The position numbers were made by a program, and so were the translations under genes. 64,000 nucleotides of DNA from Octopus sinensis (taxonomy: Eukaryota). The notes beneath the pieces were generated by a model that had not been told where the DNA came from, made no database searches, and was given only the letters and a program-made list of their open reading frames with translations. The stretch spans positions 38,812,001-38,876,000 of the forward strand of contig NC_043005.1 in the NCBI RefSeq assembly GCF_006345805.1, read 5' to 3'. Of the stretch, positions 27,071-39,627 are shown in pieces (the first letter of the stretch is position 1; each line of letters opens with the position of its first letter).

Positions 27071-27555
27071 GTTATAGGAAAATAGATGGGAATAAATAAA
27101 GTTATGATTAGTTCGAATATATTTGGGACATTTTGACCTGTAAAGAATCGTTATCACAGTGGTTCCCAACGAAGGAAAATTCTGACTTCAGACAAAAGGT
27201 ATTTAAAATACCGACGTTAGTGGGGAGCATCCTGTATGAACAGGTAGATGCCCCTGGAAATTTTTTGCTCTCTTCTGTACCAGGTACCAAACAAGGCAAC
27301 TCTAAATTGATTGAAACGCTTAGTTTCCTTACAAGATTTTATCAAATATTTTATTCTGATGAAAATAATTGAAACTGATTAAAATAAGCAATTTAGCACA
27401 ATTCTTTGACTTAGCTAATAAATTTATAAGTATTGAACAGATGGCTCGGCAGGAAAAATACACAAAAAATAAAACTAATAAGACAAATGTGCTAGAAATA
27501 ATATGCCAGAAAGATGAAGAGGAAAGCCCCTAATATATATAGATAGAGATAGAGA

Positions 27556-27587
<32 letters not shown>

Positions 27588-28019
27588 CATTCATATTTAC
27601 ATACATACATACATACATGCATACATACATACTAGGCATGTGCTGTCAGTAATTACTCAGGATAGGCAATTGGTGACCTTTATGTAGAAAAACACAAAAA
27701 AATAAGCGAAACAGTCGCGCGACTGAGTTGAAGGCAGATTTACTTCTGCTTTTACCTCACATAAAGAAAACGGTGTTGTAGGAGTGTATGCAGCACGTGT
27801 ACTACAGCAATACTATGCGTAGCTTAAATACTGAGACTGAAAGGCAGGAGAAAATTATGCCTACCTAATCCAAAAAAATAAAATATTTTGCATTTTATCC
27901 TTAGTAATCAGAGTAACCTTCATAATTTTGTTGAATTAGGTGTACATTGTGCCATAAAAGGAAAAGGTTGCAATCGATCTATTTTATTCAAGATTGGCAC
28001 AACATAGGCAGCATTTCCC

Positions 28020-28090
28020 TCATACATACATACATACATATATACATACATACATACATACGTACATACATACATACATACATACATACG

Positions 28091-28124
<34 letters not shown>

Positions 28125-28205
28125 CATACATGCATACATACATACATACATACATACATACATACATACATACATACATACATACATACATACATACATA
28201 CATAC
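28020..28205. repeat. (TACA)n tetranucleotide microsatellite (others at 14255-14337, 31115-31285, 58205-58300)
   Basis: Direct reading. Confidence 0.95.
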
Positions 28206-28914
28206 GTGTTGCATTCGGGAAGTTATTCAGCAAATATAACTGTCCCCGATTACTGCAATTTTAGTGTATTAGTACTATTCATCATAAAACAGAACGAATG
28301 GTAAATTCACATATAAATAACATGTGAAATAACATGTGTTCAGAGATAAATAAATATACTAACAAAACATTTATTTGCATATATGGGAAAATACATGCAT
28401 ATGTATTGACGTATGTATACATAGTCATATACATATTCTCGGGTGCATTACTATACATGCCGGTACGCATATTGACATAGATATACGCACGTGCATATAT
28501 CTGTATTCATTTGAATTAACAAGAACATATATATATACACATAAAAATAATCTGAAACTGGAACACGCACAAAGAGATAGAGGAATTCATACACATAAGT
28601 TCACGTTTTCTGACACATGTGGATATAAAGATGAAATCTCATATACTATAGCATATATATTTTTAGGAAGGAACACATAAATATGTAAAATTTAGGTATC
28701 GACAGAAATATGAAAATGAACAAAATGTTTGTTAATATTTTTATTAATATGGAAATGGAAACGCGTACTAAAAATACACGCACAAGCAAAACATTTACAT
28801 TAATAAGCAAAATATCTCGTCATCAAAGTTTTATACTGATATATACACATAACATCACATATATAATATAAGGGGATATATATGTGCGTGTGTGTGAGTA
28901 AGTATGCATGTATG

Positions 28915-28950
<36 letters not shown>

Positions 28951-28984
28951 ATATTATAGATATATATTATATATATATATATTA

Positions 28985-29054
<70 letters not shown>

Positions 29055-29183
29055 GTTGTATAGAGGGCATTATTACACATAAATGCCACACGCTAGGAGG
29101 GACTCTTAAAGTCATAACTACCAAATATAAACAAATTGTACCGAATGCAATTCTGAAAGCGAGTCATTTAAAAACAGAATTTA

Positions 29184-29241
29184 GCTCCATATCACCTGTG
29201 ATTTCGCAATTAACGCGTTATACTCGTCCCTTGCTCTTCAG
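29184..29241 (-). ncRNA. Inverted hammerhead copy lacking the 5' strand of stem I
   Basis: Reverse complement of 29478-29535 with one stem II mismatch; sequence 5' of CTGAAGA is replaced by the hairpin arm. Confidence 0.7.
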
Positions 29242-29471
29242 GAGACAACGTGCTTTTTCGGAACAAATTTCTTGTTAAGATTTCTTATTAAGATTTTATC
29301 CTATTTTTTAAATTTGTTCCGAAAAAGCACGTTGTCTCCCGAAATGCAATTCAAAAGAGCCCGCCATTTACATAAATGTATGTTGGGTAAACATTTCCAT
29401 ATACTACGATGACGGCGACGTTTGTGCATCTGGTGTGATGTTTTTGTTTATTTATGATATATTTTGGATTC

Positions 29472-29535
29472 GCTTCACTGAAGAGCAAGGGACGCGTATA
29501 ACGCGTTAATTGCGAAATCACAGGTGATATGGAGC
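29472..29535 (+). ncRNA. Type I hammerhead ribozyme
   Basis: Stem I gcttca/tggagc; core CTGAAGA 29478-29484; stem II gcaa-gg-gacgcg(tataa)cgcgtt-aa-ttgc; GAAA 29514-29517; stem III atca(cagg)tgat; predicted cleavage AUA after 29529. Confidence 0.9.
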
Positions 29536-29808
29536 TAAATTCTGTTTTTAAATGACTCGCTATCAGAATTGCATTCGGTACAATTTGTTTATATTTGGTA
29601 GTTATGACTTTAAGAGTCCCTCCTAGCGTGTGGCATTTATGTGTAATAATGCCCTCTATACAATATAAATAAATATTTTCAAAGAAAAAAATTTACAGTT
29701 TTTTTTCTTTTATGAGGTTTTTCACGCTAACTACTTGATAATTTCTTGTTAAGATTTCTTATTAAGATTTTATCCTATTTTTTATATTTGTCATATATAT
29801 ATATATAT

Positions 29809-29895
<87 letters not shown>

Positions 29896-29898
29896 ACA

Positions 29899-29945
<47 letters not shown>

Positions 29946-29948
<3 letters not shown>

Positions 29949-30042
29949 CGAACGATTGAAAGATACCATTGACAAGCAACTCAAAGATAAGCATGCAGGT
30001 TTCAGAAAGGAGAGATCATGCACGGACCAGATTGCGACGCAT
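29946..30042 (+). mobile_element. Short RTE-type RT fragment
   Basis: [31 protein letters not shown] (~LRxEQAGFRxxRSCxDQIxTL). Confidence 0.8.
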
Positions 30043-31367
30043 CTTGGAGCAGACAATGAATGGAATGGCAAGGAGCAAAAAGGATTAAGAAGAATATATA
30101 TATACATAGACGACTTTGGGTCATCAGCATCACTCGAGCTCATAATGGATATCGTCACTCGGGTTCATCACAGATTTCGCGGAAGACATAATCCTACTTG
30201 AAGGATTTTCTCACGTTTTTCCGCAATAGTTGTCGCCGCAAATGCCTTACTTTTTATATGTAGCATTATGTCTTTCCCCATTTCTAAATTAAGGTTAAAA
30301 ATAAAGCAATCCTGCAAAACACAACTGATCTTTACACACAGACGCACAGAATAAGAACAATCAAATAACGCCAGCGGAGTGCTCAACAAATATCAGCGAT
30401 CTGCCTGTCGCCTGTACCCTTGACAAGAGATGCCAGTTAGTCGTTTACACCTACTCGTTCGTTTTAGCCCGAGTTGCTGAATAATTTTTTCGTTCCTTTA
30501 AGAATATTGTAGAACGGAAGTTTTCATCGATTGGAATTTAAATCCTATTCTCTCTAAAAATTTATTGCTTCAAGAAAACATTGAATTTGATTTACTTTTA
30601 ATTTTTACGATTATAGATAAAATCTCGTGCTGTAACGTCCTAATCCGAATCAGGCGCATGTAAACGATGCTATAAATGATATTTTTTGACACAGGGCATC
30701 CCTAAGACGAACGCCAGACGCTGAACGAAAATAAATGAATTGCGACCAGGCTCGATAAAAGCAGCTCGATTATTGGCTACAATTACATATTTGAAGTTAG
30801 TGTTGGCAGAAATTAAATCAGCTTGCAAATATGCGTTCATTTTACTAAATTTATACTGGAGCTAAACCCGAACAACCCGAGTGCCGGAGTCGCCACTGAT
30901 ATATATATATATGTAAGCATACATATAAATATATATACAAAAAGTTCTTTTTTTAATTATCAGCCCAGAGAAGTTCTCCCCCCTTAAAGGAAACTTCACC
31001 CTTCCTTCTACCTATTCAGCAAACTCTCTTTCTCTCCGTCTCATACTCCGAAAGCAGCTCTACATGGCAGTACTAACAACCACCAGTCAAATTTCCCACG
31101 TACACAGACATACATACATACAAACATACATACAAACATACATACATACATGCAAACATACTTACATACATACATACATATATACATACATACATGCATG
31201 CATGCATACATACATACATACATACATACATACATACATACATACATACATACATACATACATACATACATACATACATACATACATTGTTCCAGTTGAT
31301 CCGATCAACGGAAGAATTTGCCCGTGAAATTAACATGCAAATGGCTAAGCCCTCCACAGATACGATA

Positions 31368-32658
31368 CGAGGGGCGTTCAATAAGTAATGCCCCTGACCC
31401 ACTTCCCATAGCAGTAGAGCAACGAAACTTGGCACAGTTATTAGCCTTTTTCTACATAGGAACCACTCAGAGTTACGCATTTCTCCCATCTTTTGATGCG
31501 GCTCTGGAGACCGTTTTTGTAGAAGAACCCACCTTGGTCCTCCAACCTCAACGTGACTTCAGAAATCAAGGCTGCATCATCTGGGAAACGCTTTCCTTTC
31601 AAAAACAACTTCATGATTGGGAAGAGGTGAAAATCAGAGGGTGCAAGGTCAGGAAAGTAGGGGGGATGGGGAGAAGTTCATAGCCATATGCCTGTGCTTC
31701 TGATCTGGTGACAAGCGAGTTGTGGACCGGAGCGTTGTCCTGCAGGAGGAGGATGCCTTTGCTGATCTTGCCCCGCCTCTTGATTTTGATAACTTCTCTT
31801 AATTTCCTCAAAAGTGAAGCATAATAGGCTCCTGCAATTATGGTACCCTTTGCCAGGAAATCTGTCATCACTACTCCGTCCTGGCCCCAGAAGACTGTGA
31901 GCATGACCTTGCCAGCGGAGGGCTGCACCCTTGCCTTCTTTGGAGGGGGTGAGTCACGGTGCTTCCACTGCATTGACTGGGCTTTGGTCTCTGGATCATC
32001 GTGATGGACCCAGGTTTCATCCTGTGTAATCAGTCTTTTGAAAAGTGTTGACTCATCTTCTTGGCACGTCTCCAAATTCACCCTCGAGCACTCGACGCGT
32101 TCTTGCTTCTGGAAAAGCGTGAGCAACCTGGGAATCCATCTGGCAGACACCTTTTGCATATGCAAATGGTCATGAATGATAGTTTCCACAGACCCGGTAC
32201 TAATCTTGACCTCATGGGCTATTTGGCGAATAATTATGCGTCGATCTTCCAAAATGGCAGCCTCAACTTGACGGACAGATGCCTCATCATTGGCAGAAGG
32301 GGGCGACCAGATCTGGGAGCTGTTTCCACAGAGTTCCGACCATGTTTGAATTCACGATGCCAGCATTTTACAAGGTCATATGATGGGGCATCATCACCAT
32401 AAGTTATTTTCATTTCATCAAAAGTCTCCCGTGGTGTGCGTCCTTTCAAATACAAAAACCGGATCACTGCTCGACACTCAACAGGCTCCATTTCACACTT
32501 GACTCGGTTCAAACACCTGTAAATCAGAAACCACAATTAATTCGGAGCTGTAATTTGCCACTTACTCTATAGAGATATAAATGATTGCACATGCAAAATT
32601 TCAGCAAGATCAAACAACTGCAAGTGGGTCATAGGCATTACTTATTGAACGTCCCTCG
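31368..32658 (-). mobile_element. Full-length mariner transposon (1,291 bp), irritans-like TIR ends
   Basis: TA at 31366-31367 and 32659-32660; TIRs cgaggggcgttcaataagtaatgcccctgacccactt / cgagggacgttcaataagtaatgcctatgacccactt (3 mismatches). Confidence 0.97.
31441..32491 (-). pseudogene. D,D34D mariner transposase with two -1 frameshifts and no internal stop seen
   Basis: MEPVECRAVIRFL...SGRP / ...WIPRLL...QDETW...QDNAPVH / HPPYFPDLAPSDFHLF...YVEKG*; frameshifts near 32300 and 31670, both in C runs. Confidence 0.9.
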
Positions 32659-32689
32659 TATATCCTTAACGTAGTAGTGGGGGAGATTC

Positions 32690-32840
32690 AGCGTGACACA
32701 GAATGTGAAATGGTTGGCTTTTTGAAATGCCAGCATTATACATCTTTGTCCTGAGTGGACTGGAGCAAAGTGAAATAAAATGTTTTGCTCAAGAACACAA
32801 TACTTCGCCATGTATCGAACTAACTATTTACGATTGTGAG
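32690..32840 (-). mobile_element. Degenerate CORE-type SINE, reverse
   Basis: ggactggagcaaagtgaaataaaatgttttgctcaagaacac is homologous to 63340-63385. Confidence 0.6.
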
Positions 32841-33846
32841 TGGAATAACTTAAAGATAAAGCCACGCGCGCACGAGCAATCGTATCGGTAAATACTTCTC
32901 TGTTTGTTGAGAAGTGTATATTTGTCACGTAGACAATTGCACATAAAACATAATAAAATGTTACATGAACCTAGATATATGTGATTGGTACGTAGGTAAG
33001 TAATATGTACAGCAATAAGTATATGTGGTGATAAAATGGTACAATCGGTGTTTATTCTAGAACGGTAAGAGATATACACATGTGTAAAACTAGTTCAGCC
33101 ACAACGCTTTTCATAAATCTGTTTAGATGAGGGAGCGTTGTCAGTAGTTGTAAGCTGTGTATATGATATGAAGATAAGCAATATGATGAAATCTGTCCAC
33201 AATCTTCTTTCAGCCACTAAATATACACATGTTAATTACACGGGTATTTTCTTTAAACAAGCAGAAATCAATACCGCCAATTAGTTCGTTATCATCAGCA
33301 TCAACCAAAGAAGTATATAATTGACTCCTTTTATTGCCTAAAACAATTCATTTCGAGGGCTTGTTTGTTTTCCAGTAGTAATTTAGAATTATGCAAATCT
33401 TCAGGAAAAACAATGTTTAAATCAATTTTTTTTTTCAAAATTATCTATAAACTGGAAAAACTCCAGCAGCATTGAAAGAAGCAATTATTGGTAAAGATGG
33501 AAAACCGTGGAAAGATGGTTAATTAGAGATCTTACATATAACTAAAACAATGGAACAAGTAGACCGGACTAAATGCGTTAACTCCCTGGAGAACAATAAT
33601 TTATTCTTTAGTGGTACTCAGCCTCGTTTTCACACTTTACAAAACTACTTAACACGTCTTCAACAATACGACAGTGTTTTGAATAATATTGTTGACAGCA
33701 TGTTTCTGAATTTTGTATGTGAAACAAATTGACCAAGTGATTCTATGTCACATGGTACAAGATTACGCAAATAACACAACATACTTTGTTATGTACATGT
33801 GTATAACTATATACATGTATACATATATACATACATATATACAAAC

Positions 33847-33888
<42 letters not shown>

Positions 33889-34148
33889 TATATACATACA
33901 CAAATACACACGCACACGTACACGCACGCAGACACACACACACATGAAAAAGAGAATGCTATTCTGGCACTCAACTTAGAGTGCACTGCATCCTATAGCA
34001 GAAACAACTAATGAATTTCATAGCATAACCATTGCTTTTCTCTGCCTTGTTTTTCTTATTGCCGATCTATATTCATCTAACTCTGTGTTCTGAAACATAC
34101 GTGTACTGAGTTCTAATTCTATGTTATAAGTCTAATAAATAGAGGCTC

Positions 34149-34241
34149 CCTTTCTTTCCTGATGAGAAGATTGCATAATGCACCCTTTATTCCTTTGGAA
34201 TGAAAACATGCTGTCTTCGAAACACGTGTCGAGAGTAAAGG
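34149..34241 (+). ncRNA. Type I hammerhead ribozyme with extended stem II
   Basis: Stem I cctttctttc/gagagtaaagg (one bulge); core CTGATGA 34159-34165; stem II gaagat..gcat / atgc..gtcttc; GAAA 34219-34222; palindromic stem III ACACGTGT; predicted cleavage GUC after 34230. Confidence 0.92.
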
Positions 34242-34439
34242 AATTTTGTTAACATCTTCGTTCGACTCCATTCTTTCATTTATTCATATACAACACACAC
34301 ATTTCTACACATGAACCCGGAGTTCCTACCCTTGACAGGTCGTTTCATCCGTGTTTTTTTACGTGAATTTGGTCCCCAGGTTTCGGTTAAACGAATTTTC
34401 CATGCTGACGATAAACATAGGATAATTAATTCACCTACG

Positions 34440-34481
<42 letters not shown>

Positions 34482-35364
34482 TGTGTATATGTGTGTACAT
34501 ATATATATATATATACATATGTACATACATACACACACGTACGTGTATATATATATATATATATATATACATACATACATACATACATAATATATATATA
34601 TATATATATATACACATACAAACAGTATTAATGTTCACACCCTATAATGTGTTCATGTCTACAAAGTCTCAATTTCATACTTGGAAAATGTATCAAATTT
34701 CAAATTTAATAGTATTTAAACCTACTTGCATAGCGGTGGCCATATTTTTCTCAAGGCTGCAACATGGTTACTGCACGAATCATCTACTAGCGCAATATTC
34801 ACTGTCACATACATTCACTTTTATTCTTACTTATATCTTTTTTATAATGAAATCTCATCATCCAACATTGGCATACCATTTCCTGTTTTACTCCTGATGT
34901 ATTTTTCTTTTTCAGCAAAACACGCAACATAAGATATATATGTGTGTGTGAGTGTGTAATGATGTGTATATATATATATGTATGTATATGTGTGTGTGTG
35001 CGTGTGTGTGTGTATATATATGTATGTATGTATACATGTATGTAGGTTTGTATGTATGCATATACAAAAAACTATGTGTGTACGTGTGTGTGTGTTTGTG
35101 TGTGTCTGTATGTGCGTGCGTGTGTTTCTATATATGCTGTCTCTATACATATCACATACAATGGTAATCTTATCCAATAGTGGCATATGATTTCCATTTT
35201 CACTGCCTGCATCTTCTGCCATTGTTGACATACATAATGTATGTATATGGGTTACCTTTTCCTATATACACAATATATATTGTTTATTTTTTCTTGCTGC
35301 AGCACACACACACATACACCTACGTGCAAACTTATAATGATATGTATATATGTATGCATGTACG

Positions 35365-35395
<31 letters not shown>

Positions 35396-35555
35396 TCACA
35401 CATACACACACATATATATATATATATATATTTACACTCCTGTATATACATGTATATATATTCATACATGCTTACACACACATATAATCAGGCACAAATG
35501 CATATACATATATTACTGTCTATATGTATATATATATATATACATACACACGCAC

Positions 35556-35648
<93 letters not shown>

Positions 35649-35769
35649 ATTTAAGATATGCTTTCCTAAAATTGTATGTATATAATCTTTGTGGCTATAA
35701 AAACATGTGTGTGTGTACGTGCCTAAGCTTATGTATAGAACGTACACACATATATTCAATATTATATAT

Positions 35770-35800
<31 letters not shown>

Positions 35801-36254
35801 TAACTCATTACTTGTTTGTGTGCACACATGTACACAATATATATCATTTTCAGAGGCAATAAATATACTCCATGCTATTTGCTGTTTGCAAAGCAATTCG
35901 ACATTTCGTTGATATCCTATTTGCATTTAACGGAAATCAATGAGAGACGTGAATGACAGAGAAGTAAAGGAAGTAGGAAGAATCGAGAAATACGTGGGAG
36001 ACAGTCAGACAGACGTTAAGAATGAAAAGTAGTGATGGGGTTGGGGATGAATAGAAAGCTACATTGTGGGAGCGAGGGAGTAGAAGGACGTAGGAATGTG
36101 GTATTGAGAAAAGGAGGGATTTTTGTGAAATTTAAGAGGGATTACGTCGTGTTAAGCCAGGGGAAAATAACGATAGATATAAGACGTCACACACGGCAAC
36201 AAGTAGATGATGAAGTGAAGACAAAGAAGGAGAAGACGAAGAAAGAAGAAAAAT

Positions 36255-36336
<82 letters not shown>

Positions 36337-36361
36337 GGTGGTGGTGGTGGTGGAGGAGGTG

Positions 36362-36396
<35 letters not shown>

Positions 36397-36640
36397 GGTG
36401 GTGGTGGTGGAGGTGGTGGTAGTAGTAGTAGTGGTTGTAGTAAGGGTAGTAGAAAAATAAGATAGCAACAAGATGGAGGAGATAAAGAAAAATGAGATGG
36501 AAGAAGAAGAAGAAGAAGAAGAAGAAGAAAAGAAGAAGAAGAAGAAGAAGAAGAAGAAGAAGAAGAAGAAGAAGAAGAAGAAGAAAAAAAGAAGAAGAAG
36601 AAGAAGAAGATGATCATGATCATGATCAGCAGCAGCGGCA
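36255..36640. repeat. Compound (TAG)n-(TGG)n-(GAA)n trinucleotide tract
   Basis: Direct reading. Confidence 0.95.
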
Positions 36641-37341
36641 TGCAGAGTTGTTTGGTATCAGTTGGTACGTAGATCTTGCTTTTTCTTCCTTGTCCTCACG
36701 AACGAAACCCAACCAATATGACGAAACGAACCAAAAGCAATTTCGGTAAACTAGTTTGGATTAAAATAAATTGGACGATTTAACTTGAGGGGAATGGTGA
36801 GTGCTTGGAAGGTGAATAATTCATTCTAATGTCATCCTTCACGTTTTCATCCTTGCTCCAGATATCGTTATGACTGCAAACACTACAGTTCAAGCTGCTA
36901 CGACAGCAGAAACCTAAACAACATCAGCAAGACCGTAACTTAGCTCCGCCACAATCAGTAACTCATCATGTTCACTAGCAACACCGCTGAGAATTTTACC
37001 ACTGCTGTAACTATGATAAGCATCTCAGTTCCACTATTTTCTTGGTTTGAGGTAATTTATCCTCAAGGAACCTTCGCATTTGGATGATGTCTTCATGAAA
37101 ATGGAGCAGTCGATCAATGCTGTAATACATTTATACCTACATACATACGCACACACATATGTACATACACACATAAATAGATGTATATATATATATATGT
37201 GTATATGTGTGTATATATATATATACATATGTGTTTATATATATATATATATATATGTATATTCATATCTATAAATGTATATATATATGCACATATATAT
37301 ATGTATATATATATATATGTATGCATATATGTGTATATATA

Positions 37342-37373
<32 letters not shown>

Positions 37374-37489
37374 CATATATCTTTATTATATTACATACAC
37401 CGTATTTTGGATCCCATGTAATTATGCGAAGTATGCCAATTTGTATTTATCTGACTTTCATCATCTCAATGTTTCTCTTTCTGCTTTTC

Positions 37490-37557
<68 letters not shown>

Positions 37558-37639
37558 CACACTTATATAAACATATAAATGTGTGTATATGTGTGTATAT
37601 ATGTATATCGTTATCATAATCATATAATCAGCTTTAAAA

Positions 37640-37860
37640 CAATCAATAAGAAACATTCAACATCTTTGGCTAAGTTTGTATGGTGATTGAAGGAGGATAA
37701 AATTAAGTACAGCATAACTTGGTCCGTAGTAAGGCACGCACAACCATGCGATATAATGACCAGGAGATGCCGTCTCTGCTCCGAGGAATCCCTGTCTATT
37801 ATGTGGACTTATGAGAAGATCATTAATAGAAGCTTCTCAAGGTGTCTATACGCATATATT
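37640..37860 (+). mobile_element. Penelope-like element GIY-YIG endonuclease C-terminal fragment
   Basis: KHSTSLAKFVW*LKEDKIKYSITWSVVRHAQPCDIMTRRCRLCSEESLSI resembles PLE T.LSKYIWxLK...I.W.I..A..Y....RCxLCxxE. Confidence 0.7.
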
Positions 37861-38414
37861 CCCACAATGCAGTGGGAATGACTTTAAGTAATCGTTAATA
37901 CATTTTACTTTAAGGTATGGATGAATTAAGTTTACTTTTAACCTCCCCATTCTTATAAACACCAAGTATTTAACTCGCTTTGTGATCGTGAGTGCACGAA
38001 ACTACATGTGTGCGTATGATTACATGTTTGCGGATGCTTGTATGAGCGAGTGTACACTCGACATGCAATTTGCTCGAGGGCGTTTATGCATCCATATTTG
38101 TTGATGGTTATTTTTAACACTTTTCTCGCTGTATTCCGTGTTCGTTTTCTTTTTGCATCTCTGATTTTATTTTTGGTCTATATAAATGAATATATTTCCT
38201 TCGTTTTGTTGCATTTCTTTCTGCGAAATGAGAAGATACATCGCAGAACTATTATTTTAATAAGTTGCGTATATTTATCATCCAATGAGACACATCAGCA
38301 CTGAACCAGTTGTTTAGTGTCCCACCCGTGAGGGAACGATGGAAGATATGTCGAAACAATTGTCGGGATTGATAATAAGTTCTCGTATATTCCATCTTCC
38401 GTCTTTCATTTACC

Positions 38415-38473
<59 letters not shown>

Positions 38474-38919
38474 ATATATATATAACGGGAAGCTTTATGA
38501 AAATAAACAAAAGACGAAGGCAGGTGGAAAACAAACGAACAATTGTATTAGTATGGCGCTCAGGAAATATTGTACATATACGTATACTATACGTATATGT
38601 ACATATACGTGTACTATACGTATGAATATATCTGTATATTGGTTTTGTGTATATGTGTGTGCGTGTTTGTGCATGCATGTGTGCGTGTCTGTGTGCATGC
38701 GTGTGAGCGTTCGTGCGTGCATGTGTGCATATCCGCAGGCACGCGTTTGTTTTATTATTTTGCCAGATTTTTATGTCGTTTGATACTGTTGAAATATAAA
38801 CGTTTCTCCAAGTAGTGAACGTGAGAAAATGAAGTGATTCCCCATTAAAGAAATTTCAATTATCTATTTCACTCATAAAACAACAGTATTTATATTTGTG
38901 GTCTAAACGGGGGGGGGGG

Positions 38920-39528
38920 GGCAGCAAGGCCGCAGTCAAATGATTAAAACAAGTAAAAAAGAAAAGAAAAAAGAAAAATTATTGCTTTCAAATTTCCAGT
39001 ATTCAACTGGTTCTTATTTTATCGACCACGAAATAATGGAAGTTTATTGAATTTGAAACCAGAACGTGGAAACAGCGGAAATGTCGCAAAGCAGTTAGCC
39101 CAGGATGGGACAGATTCTGCCAGCACGCGCTGGTAATAAAAAAAAAAGATAAAGAAACATACACATTAAATTTAGTAAAATTCCATTCTACAATTAGTAC
39201 AAGGCCTATAATTTGAACTCGAAACGTGAGCCGGACGAAATGCCGCTAAACCACCTGTCCGATGTGCTAACGGCTTTGCTAATTCACTACCGTAAAAACA
39301 ACAATAATAATAATGGATTCAAAAGTTGCCACAAAGGCAGCAATTTGGAGGGAAGGGATGAGTCCATTATATCAACCCCAGCATTCAACTGCTACATCTT
39401 TTATCGACCCCGACAGGATGGAAGGGAAAGTCGACCTCGGTGTAATTTGAACTCAGAACGTACCTACGGACGAATTGCCGCTTAGCATTTCACTCGGCGT
39501 GCTAACGATTCTGCCAGCTCGCCAACCT
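38920..39528. mobile_element. SINE cluster: family A tail (+, 38920-38970) and three family B copies (-, ~38990-39130, 39180-39290, 39310-39528)
   Basis: aaagtcgacctcggtgtaatttgaactcagaacgta...gctaacgattctgccagctcgcc and degenerate equivalents. Confidence 0.8.
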
Positions 39529-39529
39529 A

Positions 39530-39567
39530 ACAACAACAACAACAACAACAACATTAATAATAATAAT

Positions 39568-39627
<60 letters not shown>
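39530..39627. repeat. (AAC)n-(AAT)n microsatellite
   Basis: Direct reading. Confidence 0.95.

Larger units (their letters stand above)
29056..29792. mobile_element. Hammerhead-bearing PLE-pLTR/retrozyme-like element with inverted and direct repeats
   Basis: 186-bp inverted arms 29056-29241 / 29478-29663 (2 mismatches); perfect 30-bp hairpin 29241-29270 / 29310-29339; ~53-bp direct repeat 29266-29318 / 29740-29792; flanked by (TA)n. Confidence 0.8.

Noticed and set aside
30100-30420. Short ORFs after the RTE fragment, as a possible host exon
   Set aside because: No recognisable protein and no consistent splice sites.
36862-37051. Candidate exon with good acceptor (ttgctccag) and donor (GAG/gtaatt)
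   Set aside because: All three frames contain stops; it could only be non-coding and there is no other support.
38909-38921. 13-nt G run beside a SINE tail
   Set aside because: It replaces part of the SINE body; likely local slippage or a sequencing artefact.
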